Of a stretch of 64,000 nucleotides of DNA, positions 51,088 to 62,836 are shown piece by piece (position 1 is the first letter of the stretch; each line of letters starts with the position of its first letter). Below the pieces are notes generated by a model. It was not told the DNA's origin, made no database searches, and worked only from the letters and a program-made list of their open reading frames with translations. Origin of the DNA: Ginglymostoma cirratum (Eukaryota); NCBI GenBank assembly GCA_024137785.1, contig JAHRHZ010000031.1:19957335-20021334 (forward strand). Direction: 5' to 3'. The position numbers were made by a program, and so were the translations under genes.

Positions 51088-53488
51088 CTCTGAGAGATTT
51101 TCAAGGTTAAGATTATTATGGACAAAATGCTTCCACCTGTGGGGGAGACTATATCCAAGTACCTTGCAGTATGAGATACTCAATAAATCAAATAGGAAGT
51201 TCAGGAAAAACTTGTTTTTAGCCTGGAGAGTGGTTAGTAAATGGAACTTATTGCTGTAAGGAACAGTTGAAGTAAAAAGCAGATATATAGAAGGACAACT
51301 AGATAAGCAGACAGTTGTGCTGAAGGGTTGTGAAGAGCAAAGGCAGGAAGAAGCGGGGACCCACTACCATTTGAAGAATATTCCGCTTTTCCCTGCTGAG
51401 GACTAAATTTCTCATTTAAAACAATATCTTCAAATGACACTGTATTGTCTTAAATTTTGATCATAGTTTAAATGTACCAGTAAGAGCAAGCCTATGCTCC
51501 CTGACCGTGACCTGGGAAAATCTTACTATTATAAGCAAGGAACTGAAATGGCAGCTTCATTTGGGTAGTATGTTCAAATAGACCAATCATGGTAGGGTGG
51601 TAATGATGTGGTGGGGTATGAAAAGGAGGATGCTAACCATGTGAATTTGAATACTTAGCCTTGGAGGTTTTAATATTGAGTTTTGTTTCGTTTAAAAAAA
51701 AAACTACAGGGTATATGTTTATATTTTAACAAGTTTCTGTACCATTGCCACATACTTGCATGTACATTGAGGTGTACAGATAGATTCCCATTGGTTGAAA
51801 TAGGTTAAAGGATCTGGAATGATTTCTTGATGGTCCTTGAATTGGAGAAATAAAATCAAGGGTTTTACAAATGGGGTAGATCTGTAGGCTGAGACCCTCT
51901 GGGCAAAAGTAGAGTGTATGTGGCTTCAGTAACTTTATTGCGGGTGGTCTGTGTTGCAGACACCCAGGAATAGGCATTAGGCAGACCGCACCAGTTGATG
52001 TGACATGACAAATTGATTTCCAAAAAGTCGTGTGAGGGATGATTGTTGGAATACATGCTATTTTGTAAACATATACTTGCAAAAAGCTATATGAGTAAGC
52101 TCAGTGATGTTATGTATTTTGCTGCAGATGGTAGTTATGATGTGCTGCTGTCTGTACCTTCGTGCTTCTTTATTTTCTGATGATCTTGGTTTTGTACCGA
52201 GGTCGCAGTAAGGTATTTTGTCTGTTGACCGGGAGGAAGGTGGAGAAGTTGGCAATATGTAGTCTTGGAATTTTAGCATGTTTGTGTTTTGGATGCAATC
52301 TTAAGCTTGGAGCTTGCAAATGCTGGGTAGAACAAGAGTTTTGGTAGAGGGTAATCTTTCTTCAGTGAATGAGTAACTTGGCTGAATGACTTTGCATTAC
52401 TACTTTCTGACGCTACCTTCAGTAGGTGCCTGAAATCTCTGACTGCACCAGATTAGGAAAAATGTCACTAGGTTTCCAGGAATTGTAGAGTTCTTTCTAA
52501 GTAGATAGCATTAACTTCATTAGACGTTTGGCATTCCCCCATCTGCCTCTTAGTGTAAACAAAGATCATTGTGTTCGGAGGGTATCTGGAATGTATAGCT
52601 GTTGAATCCAGCTAAGGGTTGCTAGAGTAGGTCTGCTGTAGCCTAGAATTCCCTTCTTTAGACCTGCAAAGTTATGCCTGAGGTTCTAAAGCTAAGATCA
52701 CCTGGATGCGTGTAAAATTTCAAAATATGTCCAGTATTTACAATGAATTGACCTGAAATTCTGAAATGTAGATCTTTTGAGTGGTTTTGGGTGAGGAACA
52801 GATGCTGGTTTGGCCTTTGATGAAGGGGACTGATGTGAATTGAAATGTACATATATGCTTCTCCAACTTTACTATGCTCATAAATATTTAATCCTGGTGC
52901 ATAAAGAGTGATTTTTTTTTTTTCCGTCAGCTACTTATTGTGTTTGCCTTTTACCTGTTAGTGTGTGGTTACTATCCACTTACATCAGTTTGCTAGCTCT
53001 ACTTGTCCGCACTAAACCTCTGGATTTGCACTCTGCAATTTGGATTAAGGACGAGCATAACAAAAGTATTAGAGCCCTAGTCTTGTCTTTTTACAAGCAG
53101 TAAAGAGCTTATATACTGCTTTGTTGAGGACCTCCGAATTTTTCTCAAATGGATAGATTGTACAAAATTGCAATCAAAAGCAGATTGATCATGGTATTTA
53201 GAGAGCTGTTCAGCATCCTCAGTAGTTTGTGGTTGTTTCAAACATTTAGAATACAGTTGAACTGTAGTGTGTTTCAAACTTTGATTTAAGTTGTAAACCT
53301 TAGTTTTAGAGAATTTATCCTGTAAATGTGCCCGTTCAAACTTCAGATATGTTCATAGTATTTGGGCAGCTGTTTTTTGATGTATAAGGAGGTAGTTCTG
53401 ACAAGTGAATTTTTTTCTTATGAACCCATGCAAGTTGATTGATTTATATAGGTTAATGTTTAAGTAAATATTTGTGTTTCACCAACAG

Positions 53489-53599
53489 CCTTTGAAAAAG
53501 GCGCTAAGGATGATGGGAGCTCCTAACCTGATTGCTGAAGGTGTGGATTCTGGTCTTAGCTACAGCGTCATTTCTTACCTCAAAAAACTTAGTCAGCAG
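53489..53599 (+). CDS. INTS6L: INTS6L-like exon 11 (symmetric, phase 0-0)
   Basis: caacag|CCT acceptor; 111 nt encoding PLKKALRMMGAPNLIAEGVDSGLSYSVISYLKKLSQQ; donor CAG|gtaaga. Confidence 0.95.
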
Positions 53600-53624
53600 G
53601 TAAGAGGAGAATCTATGGCTGTTT

Positions 53625-53965
53625 TTCTGATGTCTAATTGGACAAATGCAACTCCAGTAACAATTGAGAAGCTCAGTGCCATCCAGGACACAGCAACTTG
53701 CTTGATTGGCACCACATTCACTAAAATTCTCTCCCTCTGTCACCAGCATTAATGGAAAACAGTGTGCACCAAGGCTCCTTAGCACTTCCAAAACCTTAAC
53801 TACTTCCATCTTGAAGGGTATGGGAGTTCCATCTGCAAGTTTGCCTCTAAATCATCATTCCTTAATTGTTGCTGGGTCAAAATCCTGACATACCCTCCCT
53901 AACAGCATTAAAGATCTACCTACACCAAATGGACCACAACAGTTCAAGAAAGCTCACCATTGAAT
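53625..53965 (+). mobile_element. LINE 3' fragment (family of 31340-34695)
   Basis: NATPVTIEKLSAIQDTATCLIGT; antisense to 31400-31710. Confidence 0.65.
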
Positions 53966-54666
53966 TCTCACCGTTGACTTTTTTTCGCTGTAATGTTCAA
54001 CCCTTGAGCCCTCCAATATTTGCACTTTTTGCTTTTTCTAATTGTTCCATCGCAAGCAGCTGCGCCTTTAGCTTTCAGGCCCACATCCCAGGAATTCACT
54101 TCACTAAACTTCTCTACCATTCTGTTTCTTTCCTCTACCCCCTCTTTTGTTGCCCAAACATCGTCTAATTTCTCCATGTTACTCAATCAGATTGTTTGAC
54201 AATATTCCTGTGAGTGCCTTGGAATAATTTGTTATTATATAGAGGATTCAAGTTGTTAGATCCCCCAACCCTTACTTTCAAGAGAAGAGAGACCTATCCA
54301 ATTTGTTTCCTGATGGATCTAGCCTGACCTTCGTGGTATTATCGTTGGAAATATCTTTTGTGCTCTCTCCAGTGCCTCCATTTGCCTTTGTGAATCTGTG
54401 CTGCAAATGACCCAAGACCATGCTAGTGCCAAGTAGCACCTTAAAAACTGGCATTGCTGCATGCCAAACAGTTTGAAGTTTTGCTGAAGGAGAAAATTGA
54501 TCTGCTTGTTTGATGTCAATGATTTAGTGACTATATTGTTATTCAAGCCATCTCTTTCAGACTGTATTTTTGGGGTTTGAATTTTTTTTTAAATGCTTTG
54601 TAATTCAGACATTTTTCATTAATTTTAAGTCATCTTGCCATGAACAACGTCCTTTCCAATTCTCAG

Positions 54667-54882
54667 GCTAAAGTCGAATCTGACAGAATCATAAGTTCAG
54701 TGGGTAAGAAACCAGTTCAGGAGTCTGCCATTAAAGTGAAGAACAGAAGCAACAGCCTTTCTTTAGCTCATCGCAAAGACTTGAAGCAAATCTTGATGGG
54801 AATCACAGGGGAGCTCCCATACAGACTTATGGATTTAAATGTGAAAGAGTTTGCTGGATTCCAGATCGGAATCTTGAACAAG
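54667..54882 (+). CDS. INTS6L: INTS6L-like exon 12
   Basis: ttctcag|GCT acceptor; 216 nt encoding AKVESDRIISSVGKKPVQESAIKVKNRSNSLSLAHRKDLKQILMGITGELPYRLMDLNVKEFAGFQIGILNK; donor AAG|gtgagt. Confidence 0.95.
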
Positions 54883-54974
54883 GTGAGTTACCTTCCTTGA
54901 AGATGTTTTTAATGTGAATCAAACTTGAGGTATATTCTTTTGCAAAACAAACAGTTTTCTTTGCTGCTAAAAAG

Positions 54975-55108
54975 CATTTCTGAAGAAGGGTCTCGACCGG
55001 AAGCGTCGACTTTCCTGCTCCTCTGATGCTGCTTGGCCTGCTGTGTTCATCCAGCTCCACAACGTTTTATCTCAGATTCTCCAGCATCGGCAGTTCCTAG
55101 TATCTCTG
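54975..55108 (+). mobile_element. About 130-bp solo PLE terminus (sister subfamily)
   Basis: catttCTGAAGAagggtctcgaccGGAAGCGTC...ctgctgtgttcatccagctcc...gattctccagcatc; homologous to 20291-20423. Confidence 0.85.
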
Positions 55109-56629
55109 TAGCAATTGAAATGGTTTGTTTTTCTCATTTAACTGCCAAAGTTGCAATATGGATGAAGAAAAGCACTGTTTCTTGGTTTTGAAATTCTCTG
55201 AGCCCCCTCGCTGATCATGCTGGTTCAAAACAGAACTGGCAGACTTTATGGCGAAAACTTGAGGTTTGTTTCCTTATTCATTTCACAGATTTTTTTTTTT
55301 GCAAATTCTTATACAGGTCGGCAGTCAAGTATATCCATATTGCCTGCCATGTGATGACATGTTGGATTGGAATCTTAGTTTGCAACTCTACCAAGTATAT
55401 GTTTATTTCTGGTTGTTTATTGAAAGTTAAATGTCTTCGAGAAGTGGATGCTAGACATAAATTTGTGAGAAACCATGAATGTAGGAGAAGGAGGAGTGTC
55501 GTGTCCCTGCGGGGATTTCTTTTAAGGAGCTGGTGTTTAAGTAGTTTTTTTTGATCATGGCACCACCACTTTTTTGATGTGAAGCATTTTGAAGGGCAAG
55601 TGTATGGATTTTGGACAGAAGGCCATGCTGCAGGGTGATGATAAATGTCTTGTATCTTCGACCTGTATCCTTTCACTTTTATTGGAACGTCATTTTTATT
55701 TTGGTGACATATTCTTGATCACCTGAAAATTTTGACATTATGGATGATCACTTGCGTTCTCATTGCATTAACAGTACCATGGGACCTTAAGCTTTACACA
55801 GCTTGGTATCTCTGTTAATGTTCCAATGAATCTCTGTGTCTTTAGTCAGTTCTTAGAATGACAATTTTTGACCCTCCAATTCATGCTTCATGAAAGAAAA
55901 GGATAATATGTGGTGCCAGTCAGTTTACTTAAAAAAAAAATTAATAATTGCTGAATAAACCATGTTTTTAGCAAGTTTTTCAAGCTTGAATTTAGGTGTT
56001 ACATGCAGTAATCCTTTGCTTAATGTTGTAGTTGCAGTCTTGAGAACTTGAAAGGAAACAGTGTTAAACAAATCAGATTTTTCCATTGTAATCAATGCAC
56101 AGCAGCTTTGAGTTGCAGGGTCATGGAGGTGAATAGCATATGAGGGAATTTAGCCCACATCACTCCCGCCACAAAATGGCATTAAATCGGATCAGCAACG
56201 CTGAGCACAAATACTGGTTGTAATACAAACACAAGATGAAATTAAAACAACTTAAAAGGGGCAATTTACAGCAAGGAATCAATTTCCCAAATTGATACTG
56301 CAACCAACGGCCTTTCAATTTTGCCGAATCAGATTTGTTTCTTATGTTGTCATTCTTAAGAATTATCAAATAGAGGTTATTTTGAAGAATCATCAGTTTC
56401 AATTGACTTCCTGATCATCATACTTTTGATTCAGCATTCATTTGGTGCCAGTTTCTGGCCCTCCCTCATATTTTGCCTTTTGTGTTTAATACCCTGGTGA
56501 TGGTAAAATTTGCATTAAAGTTGAGAATGATGGGCTGGATGTTGTGTAGTAAGCAAGATGATGGGTGGGAGTGTTATTCTCCTGGCAGCAGGCAAACTGG
56601 ACTAGGGAGATAATAAGGTGTGGGGCTGG

Positions 56630-57029
56630 NNNNNNNNNNNNNNNNNNNNNNNNNNNNNNNNNNNNNNNNNNNNNNNNNNNNNNNNNNNNNNNNNNNNNNN
56701 NNNNNNNNNNNNNNNNNNNNNNNNNNNNNNNNNNNNNNNNNNNNNNNNNNNNNNNNNNNNNNNNNNNNNNNNNNNNNNNNNNNNNNNNNNNNNNNNNNNN
56801 NNNNNNNNNNNNNNNNNNNNNNNNNNNNNNNNNNNNNNNNNNNNNNNNNNNNNNNNNNNNNNNNNNNNNNNNNNNNNNNNNNNNNNNNNNNNNNNNNNNN
56901 NNNNNNNNNNNNNNNNNNNNNNNNNNNNNNNNNNNNNNNNNNNNNNNNNNNNNNNNNNNNNNNNNNNNNNNNNNNNNNNNNNNNNNNNNNNNNNNNNNNN
57001 NNNNNNNNNNNNNNNNNNNNNNNNNNNNN
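56630..57029. other. Assembly gap (400 N)
   Basis: Run of n. Confidence 1.
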
Positions 57030-58623
57030 GGAGTCAGAGGTCAATGGATTGATTTTTGGAAATGGTTTCTGTGGGTAGAATTTGCTGAGCTGACATTGAG
57101 AGGAAAGACCTCACATTAAAGTCAGAGCCCAGGAAAACTTGGCACAAAATTTCAAGAGGCAGTGCTCAGTTGAGAATCAGAGGACCTGCTTCTCAAAGAG
57201 ACATTACATTGGACTCCCTGAGGAGAGGCCATTGAAGCTGCCTGTCGGGGAAGGGAGCATTAGGGGCAGTATGGGAATCACCCACCCTGTCCTCCTCTAA
57301 CCTCAGATGCTGGAAAGGTGGAACTGGCTGGACTGTGACACCTCTGGGCTTTGAACCTTGTGATACTACCAGATGATCTTGGAATCTTCTCCAATCACTA
57401 GCATATCTTTTTCTGCTGAAACGTCTGAAATTCAGATGGTGGAGATGTAAACTGCAGGACTTACTGACAAAGTCTGCAAGGCTAATTGAATGGAGGGCTG
57501 GGTCCCATTTTAAATAGAGTACTAATTCCTGTGTAGTCATTAGGCATTGCAGTTCTCCTGCATTCCATCTTGTTGCCTTGTTCGAGTGGATGTATTTGTT
57601 CCCATAGTAACTGTCTGATTTGGTCTGTACCCTTATGCTCAGCATTCAAATATCAAAGAATCGAGCATTGTTTAACCTAAGTTGTCAGCCGTGCATTAGT
57701 TTATTTAAAGCCAAGTTGACCAGTAATATCCAGACAATGTACTATGCTAGACTTGGATGCAGATCTAACTTTTTGAATCTGAAGTTTAAAAAAAAAAGGC
57801 ATTTCACTAACTACAGTTTTAATTGCATTTGATTCTGATTTCATTGCGTGAACTGCCAACACAGAATCTCCAGCCACTTTCTTGCTTGAATTAAAAAAAA
57901 AGTACTCTTTTCGTAGATGTGAGCATCACTGGCAAAGCTAACTTTTATTACCCATCCCTAATTGTCCTTGAGAAGGTGGTAAACTACCACCTTCAACCAT
58001 TGTAATCCATGTAGTTAAATCTATATCAGTACAGAACAGTGTGTTTTGGTCCTGTAAATTGCTGAAGTTCTGGTGAGATATTTTCAAACCTCGATGGTGT
58101 GTGGTTTGAACAGGGGCTTGCCTTGTCAGTGGTGCTGTTCCTAGGCATTCAGCCATTTCACGATCTCGTGATGTGAATCAAATTTACTGAAGAGCGGCAT
58201 CTGTAATACACCCAACTGCTCAGCATTTCTGGTTGAGAAGAACTAACTTGACTGAGATGGCTGATTTACTGCAGGGTTTTGTGTGTGTGCTCGAGTCTCT
58301 TTGCCTGGTTAAGGCCACGAATCTTTTCCTAAATGCAGAGAGATAACATACCTTCGTAGGTGGCAGCAGTAGGCCATTGGATCCTTCGGGCCTCCTCTGC
58401 CATTCAATGACATAGCTAATCTAATTTTGATCTGAACTCTATTTTGATGTCTGCCGCTCACCTGTGGACTCCCTTGAGTACCAAAGTCTACCAAACTCAG
58501 CGTGGAATAAATTCGGAATTTAATTATTTCAAGTTGAGGCACATCTTTGTGAAGGTGATCCAACAGTCAAATAAAAACTGTTATCTTGCTGGTACCATTG
58601 TATGCAACTTCTTTGTTTTTAAG

Positions 58624-58750
58624 GATTTAAAGCCTCAGAGTTATAAGAATGCATATGATATACCAAGGCGAAATCTTTTGGATCAGCTTACACGCATGAG
58701 GTTAAACTTGCTGAAAACAACACACGCTCCATTGAAAGGGCAAGACGAAG
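58624..58750 (+). CDS. INTS6L: INTS6L-like exon 13
   Basis: ttgtttttaag|GAT acceptor; 127 nt encoding DLKPQSYKNAYDIPRRNLLDQLTRMRLNLLKTTHAPLKGQDE(D); donor G|gtaaga. Confidence 0.95.
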
Positions 58751-59614
58751 GTAAGATGAAAATTTACTGTATGTGGCTTAGTGGATTGTGTTTATTTGAA
58801 TGAGTGCCATGGTAATGGGCCACAACATCATTTCTCTTAATGAAGACCTCCTTTTCAGTTGTAAAAAAAAGCTAAGTGCAAGTAGTTGTTTTTCTGTTTG
58901 AATGATTCACATGTAGATCATGTTTTCCTGGTTAGAGCTACAGTTGGTGACTAACCATTAATTATTTTTGTTCTGTGCTGCTGTTGGTCTGTTCTTAGTG
59001 AGCCGTTATTAAGTTATTGCTGACCGTCAGTATATTTGTGTGGTTTGCAATGCACTAATGCAGGTCGTATGGGGTGCCTTGAATATTAACATACCAGCTA
59101 GCAAACTGCACAACAGCTGCTGTTGTGCCTGGTCTTCTGTAGTTTCATGTTTGAATTTGGTGAGCTGGGAACTTAAATTGTTGGGATTAAATTCCGGCCT
59201 TCCTCAGATCACGTTTTGCCATTTTTATTATGTAGACTAACAGCAACAGTTTGCGTTTACATTGAGATATTTTTCTGGATTAAAGGAACAATGTGCCTCA
59301 TGGGAAAGTAATCAGAAATAACAATGGTCACTGACCCAAAAAGCTAGAGGTGAGGGGGGACAACTGAACGCTTTGTTGAAGAGTGTAGTTTTTAAGGAGA
59401 AGGTGAGTAAAGGAAACCATGCCATTTCAGGACAAGATTCAAGAATGTAGGGTATAAGCAGCCCAGGAAACAGGTAAGGTTGTCTTGCACAAGAGGCTAG
59501 AGTTAGAGAAAGGTAGTGCTGTGAGGCTGTGGGTGGTTATGGAGATGGAAAAGGATTTTGAGCATTCAGCTGTGAATTTTCATTGGAGGCATTAGTTGGG
59601 TGAAGTGTGGTAGG

Positions 59615-59985
59615 GGTAATGTCATTGAATTAGTAATCCAGAACCCCCGCCTAATACTCCAGGGATGTGATTTCCACCATGAGTCCAACAGTGGCAGATG
59701 GCAAAATGTGAATTTGGTAAAAATCCAGAATTTAAAAATACCAGCCTCTCTCACCATGTAACCATTGTAAATTGTCATGAATACCCATCTAGTTCACTCA
59801 TACACCTGAGATGGAAATCTGCTGTCCTTACTTGGCCTGGCCAATGATTCCAGATGCACAGCAAATGTGGATAACCCTTAACTGCCCTCTGAAATGGCCT
59901 TGCAAGCTGCTCTAAGAGCAGTTGAGGATTGGCAGATGTCAGCCTTGCTGGAGAGATGCACATCCCATGAAAAAATATATTAAAA
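59615..59985 (+). mobile_element. tRNA-derived SINE, near full length
   Basis: ggtaatgtcattgaattagtaatccaga head...ggaaatctgctgtccttac...cacatcccatgaaaaaa tail; several antisense relatives in the window. Confidence 0.7.
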
Positions 59986-60189
59986 AAGTTTATGGAAAGT
60001 TCTTGGAGGTGAGCAAGCACAGACTGGCTGGTGATTAAAAATTGATGTGTGATATATACAGGCAGCAGAGCCCAAGATGTGTTGAAATTTGTGGACAATC
60101 TGAAGTTGAGCAGGGGGACGTTAGTCTAACTGAGTCATGCAACTTGCACAGCTTGAGACAAAATTTCAGCTAACAAAAAAAAAATCAGT

Positions 60190-60450
60190 TTTTGCTACTG
60201 TTAACTGAGGCAAGAATATTGGTGAAGGTGTGAGGAATATTTCCTGCCCTTCGTGGACAAGTGCCACAGGATGTGTGCATCCGCGTGAACATGATGGGGC
60301 ATTTGGTCAGCATCTTGGCTAAAAAGCAGAACTTCTGACAATGTAGCTGTCCCTCAGGATTGCCCAGATGAATGAGCCTAGGTTGTGCTCAGTACTTGAC
60401 TGGGGATTGAATTCACAGCCCTCTGATTTGACCAGTTCTGAGACCACGAT
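60190..60450 (-). mobile_element. Deu-domain-like SINE, decayed
   Basis: agtgccacaggat...ctgacaatgtagctgtccctcag...ggggattgaattcacagccctctga. Confidence 0.5.
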
Positions 60451-61377
60451 GCAAAAGCAAAAATGCAAGTCTTGGTAATGCAGCTTGAAATCTTTGCAGG
60501 CTTGAATCTAATTTGTTCCTAAATCTCTCTCTAGTATGAATAGAGGAAGCATATTAATATGATTAAATCTTATCCATTTTGTAACAGTAACTGCTTTCTG
60601 TGTAATAATGTCTGATTTTTTGGTAGTGAGGTTACATAGAAATAAAACGCAGCTATATCTTCATTAACTGTAGTTTACAGACTTTGTTAGGAATTCAGCT
60701 ATCGACTTGTAATCTGTGTATGGCATAATCTGAGAGTCTGTATGTAGCATTTGACGTTTATACAGTGTGGCATGTGGAATTTTTTTGTTTTCAAGGCACT
60801 CTAAATGTAAGTTGTTGACATATTGGTATACAAAGGAAAGGGAAAAAAGGGTGAAAACTAAATAGCTCTTATCATTGAAGAATTAATGTAGTTGGTTTTT
60901 CAATTAACTCTCCCAATCCCCACAAAACTCAATTTAAATTTGATATGCATACTTTGTGTGCATTTCCTAGACTTCTAACTTTATCTGAATCCATGAAACC
61001 TTTTTGCGCTATTGAAAACGTGAATAGTTAACCTAGCATCTTGGTTTATTTGTAAGCAATAACTCACTGTCCTGAATTCATGCATGTCCTGAAATTTGTC
61101 TTTTCTCGATTCAATATTTTCACTCCTTTCAAAGTATGACTTGCATCTATGTATTATGTACCTTTTGAACAATGTATGTATAGTTAATTACTATGTTTAA
61201 TTAGTTACTGATATGACATTGAGTACGAGACTAATGAAATACTCTAAGTGAATAGTTATTTGTTTTGATCATACAGATTCGTACTTCTGTTTCTTTGTGG
61301 TTACATAGAGTCACAGTGAAGTCATGAAAAGCTTTGTATGTGACTTCTTGAGTGTGATGACTTTCTAATTCCTGTAG

Positions 61378-61520
61378 ATCAAGTGCACAGTGTCCCAATT
61401 GCACAGATGGGGAATTACCAGGAGTTCCTGAAGCATGTGCCTTCTCCTTTACGTGAACTTGACCCTGATCAGCCCAGACGATTGCATACATTTGGAAATC
61501 CTTTCAAATTGGACAAGAAG
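61378..61520 (+). CDS. INTS6L: INTS6L-like exon 14 (gene continues beyond the window)
   Basis: cctgtag|AT acceptor; 143 nt encoding (D)QVHSVPIAQMGNYQEFLKHVPSPLRELDPDQPRRLHTFGNPFKLDKK; donor AAG|gtgtgt. Confidence 0.95.
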
Positions 61521-62836
61521 GTGTGTAACCATCTAGTGGTGTACCTGGATATAGCTACTAGATTCGAAGTCCCTTATCATTTCCGATTTTCTGTAGTCCT
61601 GGAAAGTACATAAATGTTTATAGCTGTACTGCACTGTAGTCCAAATCTCTTGAGCTTTCTTTCCCCTCCAGTACTATTTTTAAAAGATGTTGAAGGCAAT
61701 GGCACCATAAGTAGCAGAAATAATTCAGTAGATACGCTAATGTCTCCCCTGTCCGAGTCTTTTGGCTGTTCTGACTCCAGCAACTCTTAACGAACAGCAT
61801 TTAGTATCTGAGTTAAAACAGTGCCTCTCAGATGTCACCAACCCTGTGATATTCATGTGGAGCCTCTGTTCAGTGCAGCAAACATAATACAAGTGAGCAT
61901 CAATAGTAACTGGTGACTTACATCAATGCAGATTGTTTGTTAATTATATTTGGAAGGAGCGCAAAATTGCTGCATGATATTTGGAGCAGAACCTTGGTTC
62001 TATTAGAAAATTTGAAGGTATGAAGAAGTCATTGATGGATGTGTGTTTTTGCAGTCATTCTAAAGAATAGAAAAGCACTTTGACAGAGTAAGCATTAGCA
62101 AAATATCCCTTCATGATGTCATTTAAATGCTCATTTCCCCCTTTTTTTTAACATTTTGGGTTTAGAACTTTCTTCATTGGTATTCCAAGTATGTTCTTAA
62201 TGAAATTTCTAAGAAATAGTGTGCTGAATTGGTTGTTGAATTCATGATTGAAGTGTTTTAGCCAAAGTCCATCAGTCTTCTGTTCTAAAGAACCCTTAAA
62301 TTTTTGGACCACAATGACAATCCCATCAAATGACCTTTAGTCAATTTCTTCCCACCATGAAACTATTCGTTTCTTACTGGAAAATAAGTCAGTAGGCACA
62401 GAGTACTCTCAAATAGGCTTTGATCGTCAAGTCCCTGGTGAGTTACTTAACTGCAGGTCAGTCACAAAAGCTGAATTCATCTTTGTCACATATGTATTGC
62501 TATGTGGCACAAATCATGATACAGCCAATAGGAGTCATTTCATGAACTTTCATACACTATTGAAAAGGAAGAAAATGTATACTTTTTTAGTGTGGGGAAT
62601 GAGGGTCGTGAAGAACAAGGGAATGTGGCTAATTGGGAAACTCTTTGAATGAACTGATTTGGTAATGTTAGGTTAAATGACCTCCTTTGCTCTGTTTCTA
62701 TAATCAAAAAGTTAAAATCGATGCTTCAGTGCACAGCAAGATAAAACTAAAAGGACCAGAGCTGCTTCCAAGCAAAATCCAATTTAAGTAACAAGCAGTT
62801 CACCTTGTTCAGGATAATTGAGCGGGGGTTCCTATT

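Noticed and set aside
57193-57645. 150-aa minus-strand ORF
   Set aside because: No recognisable motif; probably spans decayed repeat sequence
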